From Caecitellus pseudoparvulus (taxonomy: Eukaryota > Protista > Bigyra: Bicosoecida), in NCBI GenBank assembly GCA_965644315.1, contig CBFFRQ010000068.1:496001-560000 (forward strand): a DNA stretch of 64,000 nt, in the 5' to 3' direction. Below, one piece after another: positions 23,600 to 35,409 of this stretch. Both the position numbers and the translations under genes were made by a program. Numbering within the stretch: position 1 is the stretch's first letter; each line of letters starts with the position of its first letter. The notes under the pieces were generated by a model. The model was given only the letters and a program-made list of their open reading frames with translations, did no database searches and was not told the origin of the DNA.

Positions 23600-25936
23600 A
23601 TGTGGAGCGTGGCATCAAAAACCGCACGCACCCCAGGCAAGGTGCCGGACTTGAAGGACCTGCTTGCCCGACAACCCAACCTTGCGAAGCAGAGGGATGA
23701 CACTGACCTTACCCTTTTGCACCATGCAGCTGCAGCAGGCAACGTCTGTGCAGTGCAGGCCCTCTTGGCGTGTGGCGCAGATGCCGCGGCCGTTGACGAG
23801 AAGGGGCGCACGCCTCTGCTGATGGCTGTGCTGGAGGGCCCGTGCTTCTCACAGAGCACTAAGGAGCAGGAGGACTCGCCAGCCACCAGCGTCTTGGGTG
23901 TCGTGAATGCCTTGCTGAGCGAGGGCGCGTCGCTGCATGCTTGCAGCGCAGCAGGGCAGAGCCCCCTTCACGTGGCTGCAGCCCTCGGCCGCCGGGCAGT
24001 CCTAGCGCGGCTTATAGCCGCTGCCAGTGGCGGCGGCGCAGAGCTGGGCGTGCTCGACACCCAAGATGGCCACGGCAGGACGCTGCTGCACCTCGCCTGT
24101 CTGGGCCGGGCAGGGCTGAGTGACGGTGACGGCGCGGCACCCTGCGCCGGCTGTACAGCGCTGCCTCTGTCCAGCAGCCCTCCACACACGGACCTCGTGC
24201 TCTGGCTCCTGCGGCTGGGCGCCAGCCCCTCCACTCCAGATGCAGAGGGCAGCCTCCCCCTGCACGTCGCGGTGCGACGTGGCTCGCCGGAGCTGGTGGA
24301 GGCCCTCGTTGCCGCCTTCCCACCCGCCGTGGCGGCGGCAGCGCAAGGCAACACCCCCATGTCCATCCTGCGGAGCCTGTGCACCTCCCCACAGCCTGCA
24401 CTGCATCGCGCCACGCTGTGGCTGCTGTGGATCCGCCTGTCGTGCGTTGCAGCGCTGCTGCCACTGGCCCCACCCGGGTCTCACTGGTGGGCAGGGGCGA
24501 CACCCCCTGCAGATGGATCGGGAGGGGGGGCAGGTGCCGGCTTCATTGCCCCACCCCAAGCCTGTGCATGGACCCTCATCGCCTTGCTAGCTGGGCCCTT
24601 GAAGTCCAGCGCCCAAGACGCAGCCACCGCACCCCTGCTCACCCCCCAACTGGCCGCGGTGCTGTGGCGATACCTGCTCGGCGCGCCGCTCAGCTTGACC
24701 CTGCTCCTGCTGCTTCGGGTAGGCCAGTGGGTGAACCAGCACGGCGCAGGCTTGTTGTGGCCTGTGGCCAGTGTAGCCCTGTGGGGTGTCTACGAAGCGC
24801 GCATTCTGCCCTGGCTCGGTCCGGCTTCGTTGATGCACTGGCTCTTCCTGGGTCTCTGGCGCGTCGCCTGGGGCGCCTTCTTGTTGGCATCTTGGGCAGA
24901 CGCCGGGTCCCTTGTGCCGCCACGAGGCATGAAAGCCTCCATCATGGCCCGCTGTGGCCTGCATGGAGCGAGGGATGCACCCACACTGGCCGCCGCAGCC
25001 GCCGCTGGCCTGCGCCACATTCGCCAGGGGGCCAGTGACCTGCCAGCCGCCCCGGCCGCGCTGGCAGCCGTGTACACCAGCCACGTTTTGCAAGGCGCCG
25101 GTGCGGGGCAGGTGTACTGCCAAACGTGCGGCATTGCCCGCCCGTGGCGCAGCAAGCACGACAAGCACAGCGGCGCCTGCATCGCACGCTTCGACCACTG
25201 GTGTCCCTGGACTGGCAACGCGGTGGGGGAGGCGAACTACCCCGTGTACTTGTTGTTCATTGTCACAGCCACGCTGCTGGGCTTCCTCTGGCTGCTGCTG
25301 TGCCTGGCGCATCTGGCCACGCAGCCACTTGGCGGTTGGGGGGACACCGCCTGGTTCCTTCTCGTCTGCACAGCCCAGCCGGGGTGGATGGCGGCCTTTG
25401 GCGCCTTGCTGTGTGTGCAACATGCACGCCTCGTGCAGAGGGGCTTGACTACCAACGAAGCCCTGTGCTGGCGCAAGTACTCGTACCTGCAGAAGTGGCC
25501 GGCGCTGGACCCGGGCCGCGCCATCCTCACGCCCCGCCTGGAGCCGCCCCCAGGCAGGTTCCGCAACCCCTTCCATCGCAGGGGTGCATCTCCATGGCCC
25601 ACCCTCCTCCGGCAACTCGGCCAGTGGAGGTGGCTGCTGGTCACCGCCCTCGCCAACGCTGTGGCCAGCGGGGTGGCACTTGCTGGTGGCCTGCGAGCTG
25701 TGCTGGAGGGCGTGGCAGCTGCCCGGGCGCTGGCACCATTGCGGCGATGGTGCGTCGGCATGACAGCCCAGCTGGCAAACCGTCTACGGGGCTGCATCGG
25801 CGGTGTCAAGGCCAAGGACGACGGCACAGAGCGGGGTGGGCCTGGTGCACCGGCAGACACCCTCGTGTCGCCGCAGCGCACAGCTGCCACGGACCACACG
25901 CCCAGACCCCGGCCGCCCAATGCTGGCGCCGTGTGA
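23600..25936 (+). CDS. Ankyrin-repeat S-acyltransferase (Akr1/ZDHHC17-like) with a DHWC active-site variant; start uncertain
   Basis: Ankyrin repeats (TLLHHAAAAG, GRTPLLMA, GQSPLHVAA, GRTLLHLAC, GSLPLHVAV), TM helices, CQTC..RPWRSKH...RFDHWCPWTGNAVGEANY, and a TTNE motif. Confidence 0.9.
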   Translation: MWSVASKTARTPGKVPDLKDLLARQPNLAKQRDDTDLTLLHHAAAAGNVCAVQALLACGADAAAVDEKGRTPLLMAVLEGPCFSQSTKEQEDSPATSVLGVVNALLSEGASLHACSAAGQSPLHVAAALGRRAVLARLIAAASGGGAELGVLDTQDGHGRTLLHLACLGRAGLSDGDGAAPCAGCTALPLSSSPPHTDLVLWLLRLGASPSTPDAEGSLPLHVAVRRGSPELVEALVAAFPPAVAAAAQGNTPMSILRSLCTSPQPALHRATLWLLWIRLSCVAALLPLAPPGSHWWAGATPPADGSGGGAGAGFIAPPQACAWTLIALLAGPLKSSAQDAATAPLLTPQLAAVLWRYLLGAPLSLTLLLLLRVGQWVNQHGAGLLWPVASVALWGVYEARILPWLGPASLMHWLFLGLWRVAWGAFLLASWADAGSLVPPRGMKASIMARCGLHGARDAPTLAAAAAAGLRHIRQGASDLPAAPAALAAVYTSHVLQGAGAGQVYCQTCGIARPWRSKHDKHSGACIARFDHWCPWTGNAVGEANYPVYLLFIVTATLLGFLWLLLCLAHLATQPLGGWGDTAWFLLVCTAQPGWMAAFGALLCVQHARLVQRGLTTNEALCWRKYSYLQKWPALDPGRAILTPRLEPPPGRFRNPFHRRGASPWPTLLRQLGQWRWLLVTALANAVASGVALAGGLRAVLEGVAAARALAPLRRWCVGMTAQLANRLRGCIGGVKAKDDGTERGGPGAPADTLVSPQRTAATDHTPRPRPPNAGAV

Positions 25937-25985
25937 GGGCAAGGTGCAGTGTCGAGCCGAGGAGGAGCATTCGTCCGTGACCCCG

Positions 25986-27599
25986 TCACTGCTTGGACTC
26001 GGCAGCCCCACCAGCCTCCGGGGTGCCCTCCCCAGCCCCTCCTGCCAGCGCAGGCAAGTGGCCCCGTGCGAAAGCCAAGTGGTCCTCCACCTCCGCAAGG
26101 GCGGCGGAGTGCCCCTCTGCGGCGAGTTTGTCCCGTAGAGCGCCCAGGGTCGCCACCAGGTCCCCTGGCAGGGGCAGGGCATCTGGCGCAGAGCCGCCTG
26201 TCCCCCCTCCCCGAGCAGCTGCGACAGCCAGGGCCCCCAGCTGCTCCACTGAGGCATCTGTCGGCACAAGTTGCAGGGTGCTGGGGCCTGCTGGTGCGGG
26301 CTGTTCGTCGCCGAGTGGAAGAGTAGGCTGGGGGAAGTCAGGTGCTTGTGGGGAGGCTGCGCCACCCTCTTCCCCGCTGCCTGCAGCTGCGGTGACGGTG
26401 TATGCCTTGGTGTCCGGGTCCATGCGCAGCACCGGCGCGGCCGAGAAGGACACCTGCGTCACTGTGAGCTGTGTGTGGGGGGGCAGCGGCGGGGCAGTGG
26501 TGTCTCCTGCCGCTTCCATCGCCGCAGCGTCTTCCTGCAGTGCGAGCGGGAAGGCCGCCAGGCCTGCCGGCTTGGCGCTGACCACTTGCCCCCGCAGGCA
26601 GCCTCGCAAGAAGGCAGCTGCCCCGTCAGCAGCCTCCCTGCCAAACGCGTGGTAGGCGCCTAGAGCCCATGCGGCAGTCAGCACGGCGGTGGACATGACG
26701 CCCCCCATCGCGAGCACCACCGCACCCAGCTCCTTTTGCACGTACCACACACAAGCCAGCAGGGCGGCACTAGTGGGCAGGGCCATCAAGAGTGTGGCGT
26801 TTGCAAAGGCGCGGTCAAAGCTCCAGCGTGTGGCCGCGCCTGCCAAGTTTTTGGCCTTGGACCCGCCCAGTGCCTCCCATGCCCGGGTGCCGGGGCCTGT
26901 GTCGGCACAGCCCTGCTCCGCACAGCGCTGCAGGGCCACCAGGGCATGACACGCTTCCTTAACCGCGAAGCCGGCCCCCTTCCCGGCGCCAGCCGCCCAC
27001 AGAAGCAGCCCCGTGGAGGCGCTGGCGGCACCTGGCACACGCAGGAAGCTGGTGGCGATGCCCACGTGCAGAGCAAGGGCCCTCCAGTGCAGCTCGGCAA
27101 TGCAACTCTTCGTGGAGGTGTCCTGCAGGAATTGCAGGAAGGTCACGGACCACCTGGCCAGGTCCTCCCCCGCGACAGTCGTGATCCAGCCCAGGTGCTG
27201 CGGCAGCAGGCACGCCACGCACTGGCTGGACAGGTACACGAGGGGCCCCATCTCAGGACTGGCGTGCTTGCTGCAGAACTCCGCGCAGCGAATAGCAAGT
27301 TCAGCAGCATCTGCACCCGTCACAGGAACCTGGAGCTCAGAGAGTGGCGAAAGCGTAAGCGCTGCTCTCCGAGCTGGGTGAGGAGGATGCAGGGAAAGAC
27401 TCACATCTTGCACCAGCAAGCTGCGCCTGAGCTGCCACAGGCCCAGCCAAACCTCCGTGGAGTCCGCTGATACGATTCGCTCCGTGATGGCACCAAGACG
27501 GGGGTCCTGGCCGCTTTCAAGCGGCTCCGCACCCTCCAGCCCATCGGCATCGCTCGAAGCAGCTGCGGATTTTGACGGGCCTGGCCCTGCGGCCGCCAT
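25986..27599 (-). CDS. Hypothetical helical protein with C-terminal hydrophobic segments; intron 27330-27404
   Basis: 537-codon ORF including one in-frame intron, Ala/Leu-rich helices and 2-3 possible TM segments. No family recognised. Confidence 0.65.
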   Translation of the reverse strand: MAAAGPGPSKSAAASSDADGLEGAEPLESGQDPRLGAITERIVSADSTEVWLGLWQLRRSLLVQDVSLSLHPPHPARRAALTLSPLSELQVPVTGADAAELAIRCAEFCSKHASPEMGPLVYLSSQCVACLLPQHLGWITTVAGEDLARWSVTFLQFLQDTSTKSCIAELHWRALALHVGIATSFLRVPGAASASTGLLLWAAGAGKGAGFAVKEACHALVALQRCAEQGCADTGPGTRAWEALGGSKAKNLAGAATRWSFDRAFANATLLMALPTSAALLACVWYVQKELGAVVLAMGGVMSTAVLTAAWALGAYHAFGREAADGAAAFLRGCLRGQVVSAKPAGLAAFPLALQEDAAAMEAAGDTTAPPLPPHTQLTVTQVSFSAAPVLRMDPDTKAYTVTAAAGSGEEGGAASPQAPDFPQPTLPLGDEQPAPAGPSTLQLVPTDASVEQLGALAVAAARGGGTGGSAPDALPLPGDLVATLGALRDKLAAEGHSAALAEVEDHLAFARGHLPALAGGAGEGTPEAGGAAESKQ

Positions 27600-27776
27600 T
27601 GTGTCAAGCGGAGCACAACCGACACGACGAATGTCACAGACAAGCGCGTTCCTGCCTTGAACGCTCCTCTCACGTGTAAGCCCGGCGTGCTGGGGTATTT
27701 TGTTTTTGTCTGTGTTCGGCGGCCGACTTTCTCGGGCCTGCTCTGCGCATCAGCATCACACAGCAACTTCCCTGCC

Positions 27777-29077
27777 ATGGCTGCTTCCTCGCCACCTGAG
27801 AAAGACACCCGGGTGGAAGGCCTGCCAGCCATTCAAAACGACCTCATCTTGCGTGTTGCAAGGGGAGAGGCCACAGACCGCCTGCCTGTTTGGGTGATGC
27901 GGCAAGCGGGGAGGTGCGGCTTGCCCAGCTCTTTTTCCGCGTTGTGATGCGTGGCACGGCGACGCCCCCCTGTCCCACACAGGTACCTCCCCGAGTTCAG
28001 GGAAGTGCGAAAAAGCCACGATTTCTTCTCTGTGAGTATACCACCTGCAGGTTTCCTCGAGGGGCTGCCCAGTGCACCCCGCACACCGCTGTGACGCAGA
28101 TGTGCCAAACCCCTGAGGTGGCCAAGGAGGTGACCCTGCAGCCGTTGCGGCGCACGCCCCTGGACGCCGTTATCATCTTCTCTGACATCCTTATCATCCC
28201 CCAGGCCATGGGCATGGAGTGCCTCATGGTGCCGGGCAAGGGCCCCACCTTCCCATCCCCCCTCACCACACCCGACTTACTGCCCAGCCTCACCCTCACG
28301 CCAGACCCTGACAGCACCTTCAAGTACCTCTTCGACGCCATCACGCTGACTGTGAAAGACATGGAGCACAAGGTGCCCCTCATCGGCTTCTGCGGCGCGC
28401 CATGGACCCTCATGGCCTACATGGTGGAGGGTGGCGGCAGCAAGACCTGGTCCAAAGCCAAGACATGGCTGTACAAGCACCCACAAGAGGCCCACGCCCT
28501 CCTCACCGCCATCGCTGACATCGCCGTGCACCTGCTGGTGGGCCAGTGGCGTGCCGGGGCCAGCCTGCTGCAGGTGTTCGAAAGCACCGCAGGCGAGCTC
28601 ACGCCTGCGCTGTTCAAGGAGTTCTCCCTGCCCTACCTGAAACGCATCGCAGAGGGGGTGCGTGCACGCGTGCCCAGCGTAGCCGAGGGCGGCCCTCCCA
28701 TGACTGTCTTCGCGCGCAACGCTCACTTTGCCCTGGACGACCTGTGCGACACGCCGTACGACGTGCTGGGGCTGGACTGGGCCACGCCGCCCGCCCATGC
28801 TGCTGCTGTGGTGGCGGGGCGCAAGGTGCTGCAGGGAAACCTGGACCCCTGCATCCTGTACGCGGCGCCGGAGCGCATCGCGGCGGAGACGCATAGCATG
28901 CTGGAGGCGTTTCAGGGTGCCATGCCAGGGGGGCAGCTGCGGGGCCTCATCTGCAACCTGGGACATGGCATGTTGCCCGACATGGACCCAGCGCACTTCG
29001 CAGCCTTCATCGACGCTGCACACGAGGCGTCGGCGGGCATCATCGCACAGCAAACGCAAGGCGCGGCCAAAAAGTGA
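27777..29077 (+). CDS. UROD: Uroporphyrinogen decarboxylase; introns 27914-27982 and 28032-28099
   Basis: [15 protein letters not shown] after splicing, [44 protein letters not shown]. Confidence 0.97.
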
Positions 29078-29287
29078 ATGCACAACCCACGCCAGGCTAG
29101 GAACAAGAGGCGTGCGTCGGCTTTGCATAACCCTGCACAGCACAGCCAGTCCGCCCGTCGTCTGTGGGCGGCACCTTCAGCGCCACCTCGCCTGGACAGG
29201 AGCGCGGCCCCACGCCGGCGCCCGAAGTACGGAGCGCCCGCCTCCAGAAAGGGGCTCTCTTTCCGCCAGTGCTGTATTCCGTCCAGC

Positions 29288-32200
29288 ATGGCAGCTGGTC
29301 AAGCTGGAGATGTCTCCGGCCATGTAGGTTGCCCGAGACTGCACATGCTGCAGTGCACTTCAGCACCGACCGCCTGCTTGCCTGCTCCCAGTTGCTGCTC
29401 TTGGCGTCCGTGGTGGGGCTGCAGACCAAGTGCAGGCCCTCTACCAAGGTGTGTTTCCTGGGCGAGCTCCGCTGCTTGACCATTGGCTGCCTCCTTTCCC
29501 TGGCACACTGCACTTGCCCTTGCCCAAGTGCAGATTACACTCCACGGCAGCGGTCAACAAGTACTGCACGACAAGGCGTCCACGTGCGTCGCTAGCAGCA
29601 GGACAAGCCCTGCCCACGCCTCACCACTCACCCCATGATTTTTCTAGCAGGGAATGCCTGGACTACAGCTTCAAACCTGCCGCGCTGAGCATGCCTACGC
29701 CGGGGGTCCTGGTTGAGGTGCGGTTTTTGCACTTCCCCCGCCAGCTTTCAGTGGCACCACCCTGCGCATCGGCTTCGCAACACAGGTATCCTTCGAAGCT
29801 GAGGGCCAGGAAGATTCGTTCCAGGTTGATGTCTCGCCGTCAGCGCTTGCGGAGGCAGCGGGCAAGCACTTGCAGCTGCCCGGCAAGGCTGGCGCCGCGT
29901 TGTGGATCACAGGTGCCATGGCAGCAGGCGAACCAGCCGCCGCAACGGGGCTCAGCGTCAGCGTGCAGGCAGAGAGCGCAGCATCTTCGCTACCAGCATT
30001 TGTCAGCATTGAGCGCGCGGGGGAAGATGGCAGTGGCAGCATGTGTCTGGGCCGCTCACTGCCTGCCCGGGAGCTGGACGCGGATGGCATCGCCGTCTTT
30101 CAGCCCTTCGTCCTCACCAACAGCTCCAAGGGGCCCCTGGTCATTGCCATGCATTCGTTGGATGGCGGCAGTGACTCGTCCTCCCTCCTCTCGCTTCCCT
30201 TGTCACGCGACCCAGCCTCTGGCACTCTAGGCGTGGGAGGGGCCGGTGACGACGCCCCCACTCCGCTGCAGCTGACGAGCCAGCCCTGCCACCTGCTGCC
30301 ATCCGCCTCGCCACAAACGCCACCCAAGCCTGGCAAGGCGCCAGCGCCACCCCCTGCGCCTGCCGCTGACTCGGGCAAGCCGCCTTCCCCCAAGGACAAC
30401 GCGCCTCCCGGCAGGCCCCCTGCTCCACCCGGTGTCAGCATGGGCGCACCCAGCAGCCCAGCACCCAGTGGGGCGCTGCCCAAGCCTGCAGCTTCAGGGC
30501 CTGACTTGGCTAGGAGCGGCGGCCCCAAGGCTGGGGTGGCCCCGCCGCCTGGCACTTCTGCTACGCCTTCCCCCCTGGGAGGCGTGACGCCCAACAGGGC
30601 CGCGGTGCCCAAGCCGGGTGCGCCAGCTGCCCCTGGGGCCCGCACACAGCGATCTGCCACGGTGCCGGCCAAGTCACAGACTCAGGTGCCCGAGCCCGGC
30701 CCCAGCGCATCTGTGACGCCCCCTCCTCGACCGGGCTTCAAGCGGATCGGTGGCAGGCCGAAACCCATCACGCCAGACGCTGTGAACGGCGGCGGGCCAG
30801 GCACTCCCAAGGCTCCCGCCCCAGCCCCCACTACTGCATCCAAGCCACCCCAGGCGCCTGGCAGTGCCTCCAAGAAAGCCACCCCCGAAGGGGGCAAGGT
30901 GTCCAGGCCCGCGCCCCCGAAAGGCAGGTCCCGCCGCCTCAGTGATGCCATGGGCAAGTTCGCGCCCGCCGCCCCCTCATCATCATCCTCCTCTGCACCT
31001 GAGCCTGCGCCGGCACCTGCGCCTGCACCCGCGCCTGCACCTGCGCCGGCGATTGAGGGCGATGTCTCGGAGCCTGTGGACGCTGTTGCACCGTCTGAGC
31101 CAGAGGCTGAAGCACCTGCGGCACCTACCCCTGCACCCCGACCCAAGAAACCTCGAGGTAGCAAGATGTCTCCCGTGGCAGAGGGCACAGAGCCCCAACC
31201 TGAGGATGATGCGGAGGGGGCTGGAGCCGACATTCCGACGCTGGCCCAGCCTCCCCCACGCAAGGCGCACCCTCAGCTGCGACCCCGTACAGATGAGCAG
31301 GGCCAGCGCAAGCCTTTTTGGAACCCCGATGCTCCGGCTCCCGAAGCCAGCGATACGTCCGCACAGCAAGCGGCTGGCACAGCTGGCGCCCCAGCAGATG
31401 GCGCGCAGAGCGCCCCGGCAGGAGACGCGCCCGGCACCAACACGCCGCCGAGTGCTGCCGCGCCCCAAACTCCGGCGCCCCATGCCCGAGGCAGCGACCC
31501 CAGCGAGAGCGCGTTCACAGGCCCCACCGCCACGCTGGCCCTCATCGCAGGCAGCCAGGGCAAGAGTGACGCAGTGCTGCCTGCGACGGCCACCCGGGAG
31601 GCGGCTGCGCACCGCGCTGCCTCCCTCGCAGCCGTCTCCGCAGACGCGCTCACTGCCCTGCATGGCAATTTGCAGCGCGATGCGTCGTCGCTTGGCAGCA
31701 CCACCCTGGTCCTGGGGGGAAGCTCTTGGGCAAAGGCGCCAGGGCAGGGCTCCTCTCCCGGCAGCCGCCTTACCTTTTCGAGCCCCCCCGTGCACCCCCT
31801 CGTGCAGGAGGGAATGCAAGGGGGCCAGACGCTGTGGGTGCCGCCTGACACGGCCAACGCTGCCGCCCATGCTGGCACCCCCGGTCCGCCCAACGTGCCC
31901 CCGCCTGTCGCAGCCGCGACGCAGGACGCAGCCTTCCTCGCACGTGCCGATGCCGAGCCCGAGCCAGCCAGCCCATGGACTGCCCATGCAGGCACGCCTC
32001 GCTTCCCGCCCCCCCACGGGGCAGGCGGGGGGAGCCCACCCGAGGACGGCCACAGCGTGGACAGCACTGGCAGTGGCGGGCAACCGGGTGAGAACAGCAA
32101 CCATGTCGTTGACGTGGCCGTGGTGGGGGCGGGGTTGCAGGGCGCTGGCGGAACACACTTTGTGCCTAACCCAGCAGACCCCCTGCAAACAGCAGGCCAG

Positions 32201-35200
32201 CCTCGGCGTCAGGCACAGCAGCAGTCCCACGAGCCCCAATTGCTGGGCGGCGGTGCCTTGCTGCTGGAGGACAAGCGTCAAGCCACCCCAGCACACATCG
32301 TGGCACTGACAGGGAGCAGCGGTGGGCCCACCGAGCGGCGCCTGGACTGGGAGTGTGCTCTGGCCCACCTGCAGTCCCGGGCAGGGGAGTTGGAGGGCCT
32401 GTACAAGGACCTGCACAGCGAAGGGGCAGGGCGGGCGGCTGACCAGGCAGCCCACGCCCAGACAGGCGGTGTGCCTGCCGGACCAGGGTTCCCCACTGTG
32501 GACCCCGACGCCGACGGGCGCCTGTTCGTGCCCGGCCTCGCGCCGCCCTACTTCCCCACGCGGCAGTGGCTGGCAGACCAGGGCGATGCAGCGAAAAACC
32601 CGGCCCGTGCTACCCGTCTAGGGCGCACTGGCGTGCCCCACCTCACGCGTGAGCACCTGGACCTGACTGAGGCAGGACATGACGACGGCGGCGGCTCCAC
32701 GCTGGGTGGGCAGCCAGTGCACCCGCACGTGGCCGAAGCTGGGCAAGGGGCATTCCGCTGCCCCCGCGCAGGACCCCCCTCCCCGACGCCCCAACAGGCG
32801 GAACAGCTGGCGCAAGCTGCCTCTCTGCGTGCAGCCCGGGTGCTGGCCCTGGAGGCGGAGCCCGCCCCCGAGTCGCCGACGTCTGCCCAGTCCCCCCCCA
32901 GACACGGCGCCGTTGGGGATGCAGGGGCTGATCCCCGTGTCCGGGACAGCCCATCAGCAGCCCTTGATAGGGTCAAGCCCAGACGCAACATGTCTCCCGT
33001 GTCAGTGCGAGCTCTGGCACTGGGCAGGCGAGGCCTTGCCCACTCAGCGCCCTCCAGCGACCAGGCATGGTTCAGCAGCACCCCCGCCGCACTGCGGGCG
33101 CTGCTGCAGCGACGCACGGCAGAGGGGCAGGAGCGCAGCGTCGCCGCGGCGGCCGTGCTGCTGGGCTCCTCGGGGCCCCATGGGCCCGCAGAGGGCCACA
33201 TTCGGCGGACAGAAGGCCTCGAGCAGCTGCTGGCGCCACCTTCTCCGGGCGCGGCCCTGGCCCTCTCCGTGCCCAAGGTGCAGCCTGGTGCCATCTCCCT
33301 TGCCCTGACGCACGTGCTGCACGCGGTGTGGCGCACGTCAGTGGGCGTCGTGCGCGGCGACCTGAACGCATGTGCTGACGAGCTGCAGGCTGCCATGGCG
33401 GAGATGGGCGCCGTGGAGTACGACGTCGCTGCCTCAGTCGGGCGGCGCCTGGGCGAGAACGCCGAGCTGGACAGCGCCGCCCAGGACCGGGGCTTGCACC
33501 GCCCGGCACACATGGGCTCAGCTGCCGTGCCTGCCCACGGCGTCATCGCCAGCGACATGACGGTGTCGCAGCTGGAGCACTTCGCCCAGGAGGCAGGGGC
33601 GCTGCTGGCAGAGGTGCGGGACGAGGAGGACGCTGACGAGGCGGTGGGCACGCCCGCTGTGGCCCGCGCCGTGACGGCTCTGGCAGGTGTCCTGGAGCGC
33701 GAGGCCAGGAGCCGCATCGTGGCGGCAGTGCAGGCCGTCAACGACACCCTGCGCAAGCTGCGCCTGGTGCGCACGGGTCTGGACGCCAAGGTGCACGCTT
33801 CCCGGGAGGAAGCGGACGCCCTGCAGCAGCGGCACGACGAGGTGGAGGCGCAGCTGCTGCACATGCGCGCATCATTGGACTCCATGCGGGAGCGGAGCGA
33901 TGCCGACTTCTCCGCAGCGCTGCTGGGCGTGGCACAGCAGTGCCTGGGGCTGGTGCCGTGGGACCCGCAGGTGGCTCACTTGAGCCCTCCCGGCCAGGGC
34001 GCGCTGACTGACGGCGCCGTGGACCAGCCACCCCCCCCTCCAGGTGGGGCCAGCACGCAGACTGGGGGTGAGCAGGAGCCCGCTCCCGCGCCCAGTACCC
34101 TTCAGATGCTGGGGCGTATGGCCCGGGCAGCCTGCGAGGCTCGCCAGTTGCCCAGCGCGTCCCTTGCTGGCAAGGACGCGGGCGTGTCGGAGACGGGACT
34201 GGTGCCGTCAGTTGGCGACGACGCCGACCTGCTGTCCCGGGCGGACCCTGTCCTGCGTGTGGTGGTGGACTGGCTCACCATGCCCAACACGGAGTTCCTC
34301 CGCACCAGTGCTGACAGGCAGGCGGCTGCCCTGGCAGCAGGGGAAGCAGAGGCCGCCAATTCCTGCGCGGCGAAGTACTCTGCTGCCATTGAGCAAGAGC
34401 GCCAGCGCCGTGATGCAGCAGTGCAGACCTTGCGAGAGGAGGGCAGGGCTGCCGAGGCTTCAGCGGCAGCCGCCGTGCAAAAGCCAGAGGCCTCCCGCAC
34501 TGCCAGCAGACTGCACGAGCTGGAGGAAGACATCGAAGCCCTGTCTTCCCAGGCGGCCGCCCTGCGTGCTCGCATCGCGGCTGCAGATGCCCGCACGGCT
34601 GCCACGAAGGAGGCCTGTGACGACTTGCTGCGCCTGGACATCAAGAAGACTGCAGTACGGCGCCTGTGGCAGGACTGCGAGCACCGCCTGCGGGCGGTGC
34701 GTGCGCAGGTGTCCTCTGCCGTGCGCAGCTCCAGCGAGGGACTGGGCATGGACACAGACTTGCTGGCCCACTTTTCCCTCCTGCTGGGGGTGTCCAATCA
34801 TGACTCTCGCCAGAAGTTCCTGCTCAGCGTCTTGCGGGAGGCGCCATTCAGCAAGCCCTTCCACCGCCGCCTCGTGGAGGTGCAAGGGGAGGTGTCGGGC
34901 ATAGCCAAGGCTAATGCGGACCGCCTGGAGGCTGCGGCGCTGGCGGTGGCCAGGGCCCGCCAGGAGGCAGAGGAGGCTCGCCTGGCGCAGCAAGAGCAGG
35001 GCATGACCAGCCCCACCTCCAAGTGGCGCGGGACTCCCCTCAAGTATCGCGTCCAAGCCCTCAAGACGCCTCTCCCAGCGTCCATGCTCCTGTTTTCCCC
35101 TGAGAATGGCAGCGGTGTCCCGAGCGTGGCAGGGAGTGACGAGGCAAGTCAGGACACCTCCGAAGGCGCATCTTCTCCGCGCAAGGCTGATGTGCTGGCT

Positions 35201-35407
35201 GTGCGGCGGCTGCGGGATCGAGTGCGTGCTGCAGCGACAAAGCACATCTTTGACCCTGACGATGGTAGCAGCTCAGGTGGGTCACCTCCTTCAGCAGCAC
35301 AAGCTGCACTTGAAGTGTCTCCGGCGAGCCCAAGCGTGTTGTCGGCAGTGGAAGCGAGCCGCGCCATGCGGCTGCAGGCAGCGGAGCACCGGCGACTTCT
35401 GCGTTGA
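29288..35407 (+). CDS. Large (~1950 aa) protein: degenerate C2-like N-terminus, Pro/Ala-rich disordered middle, C-terminal coiled coil; four small 5' exons
   Basis: An 1845-codon ORF plus upstream exons that splice in frame (MAAGQ...; LLLLASVV...; ITLHGSG...; ECLDYSF...; VSFEAEG...). Heptad-rich C-terminal third. Confidence 0.75.
30998..31051 (+). repeat. Coding Pro-Ala dipeptide repeat (PEPAPAPAPAPAPAPAPA)
   Basis: Degenerate CCTGCG/CCTGCA hexamer run. Confidence 0.7.
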
Positions 35408-35409
35408 AT

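Noticed and set aside
29572-29590. Possible GC-AG non-canonical donor (AAG/GCGTCC), and a similar one in CFAP43 exon 1
   Set aside because: Canonical GTGCGT or GTGAGA donors a few bases away restore the frame. No non-canonical introns are needed in this window.
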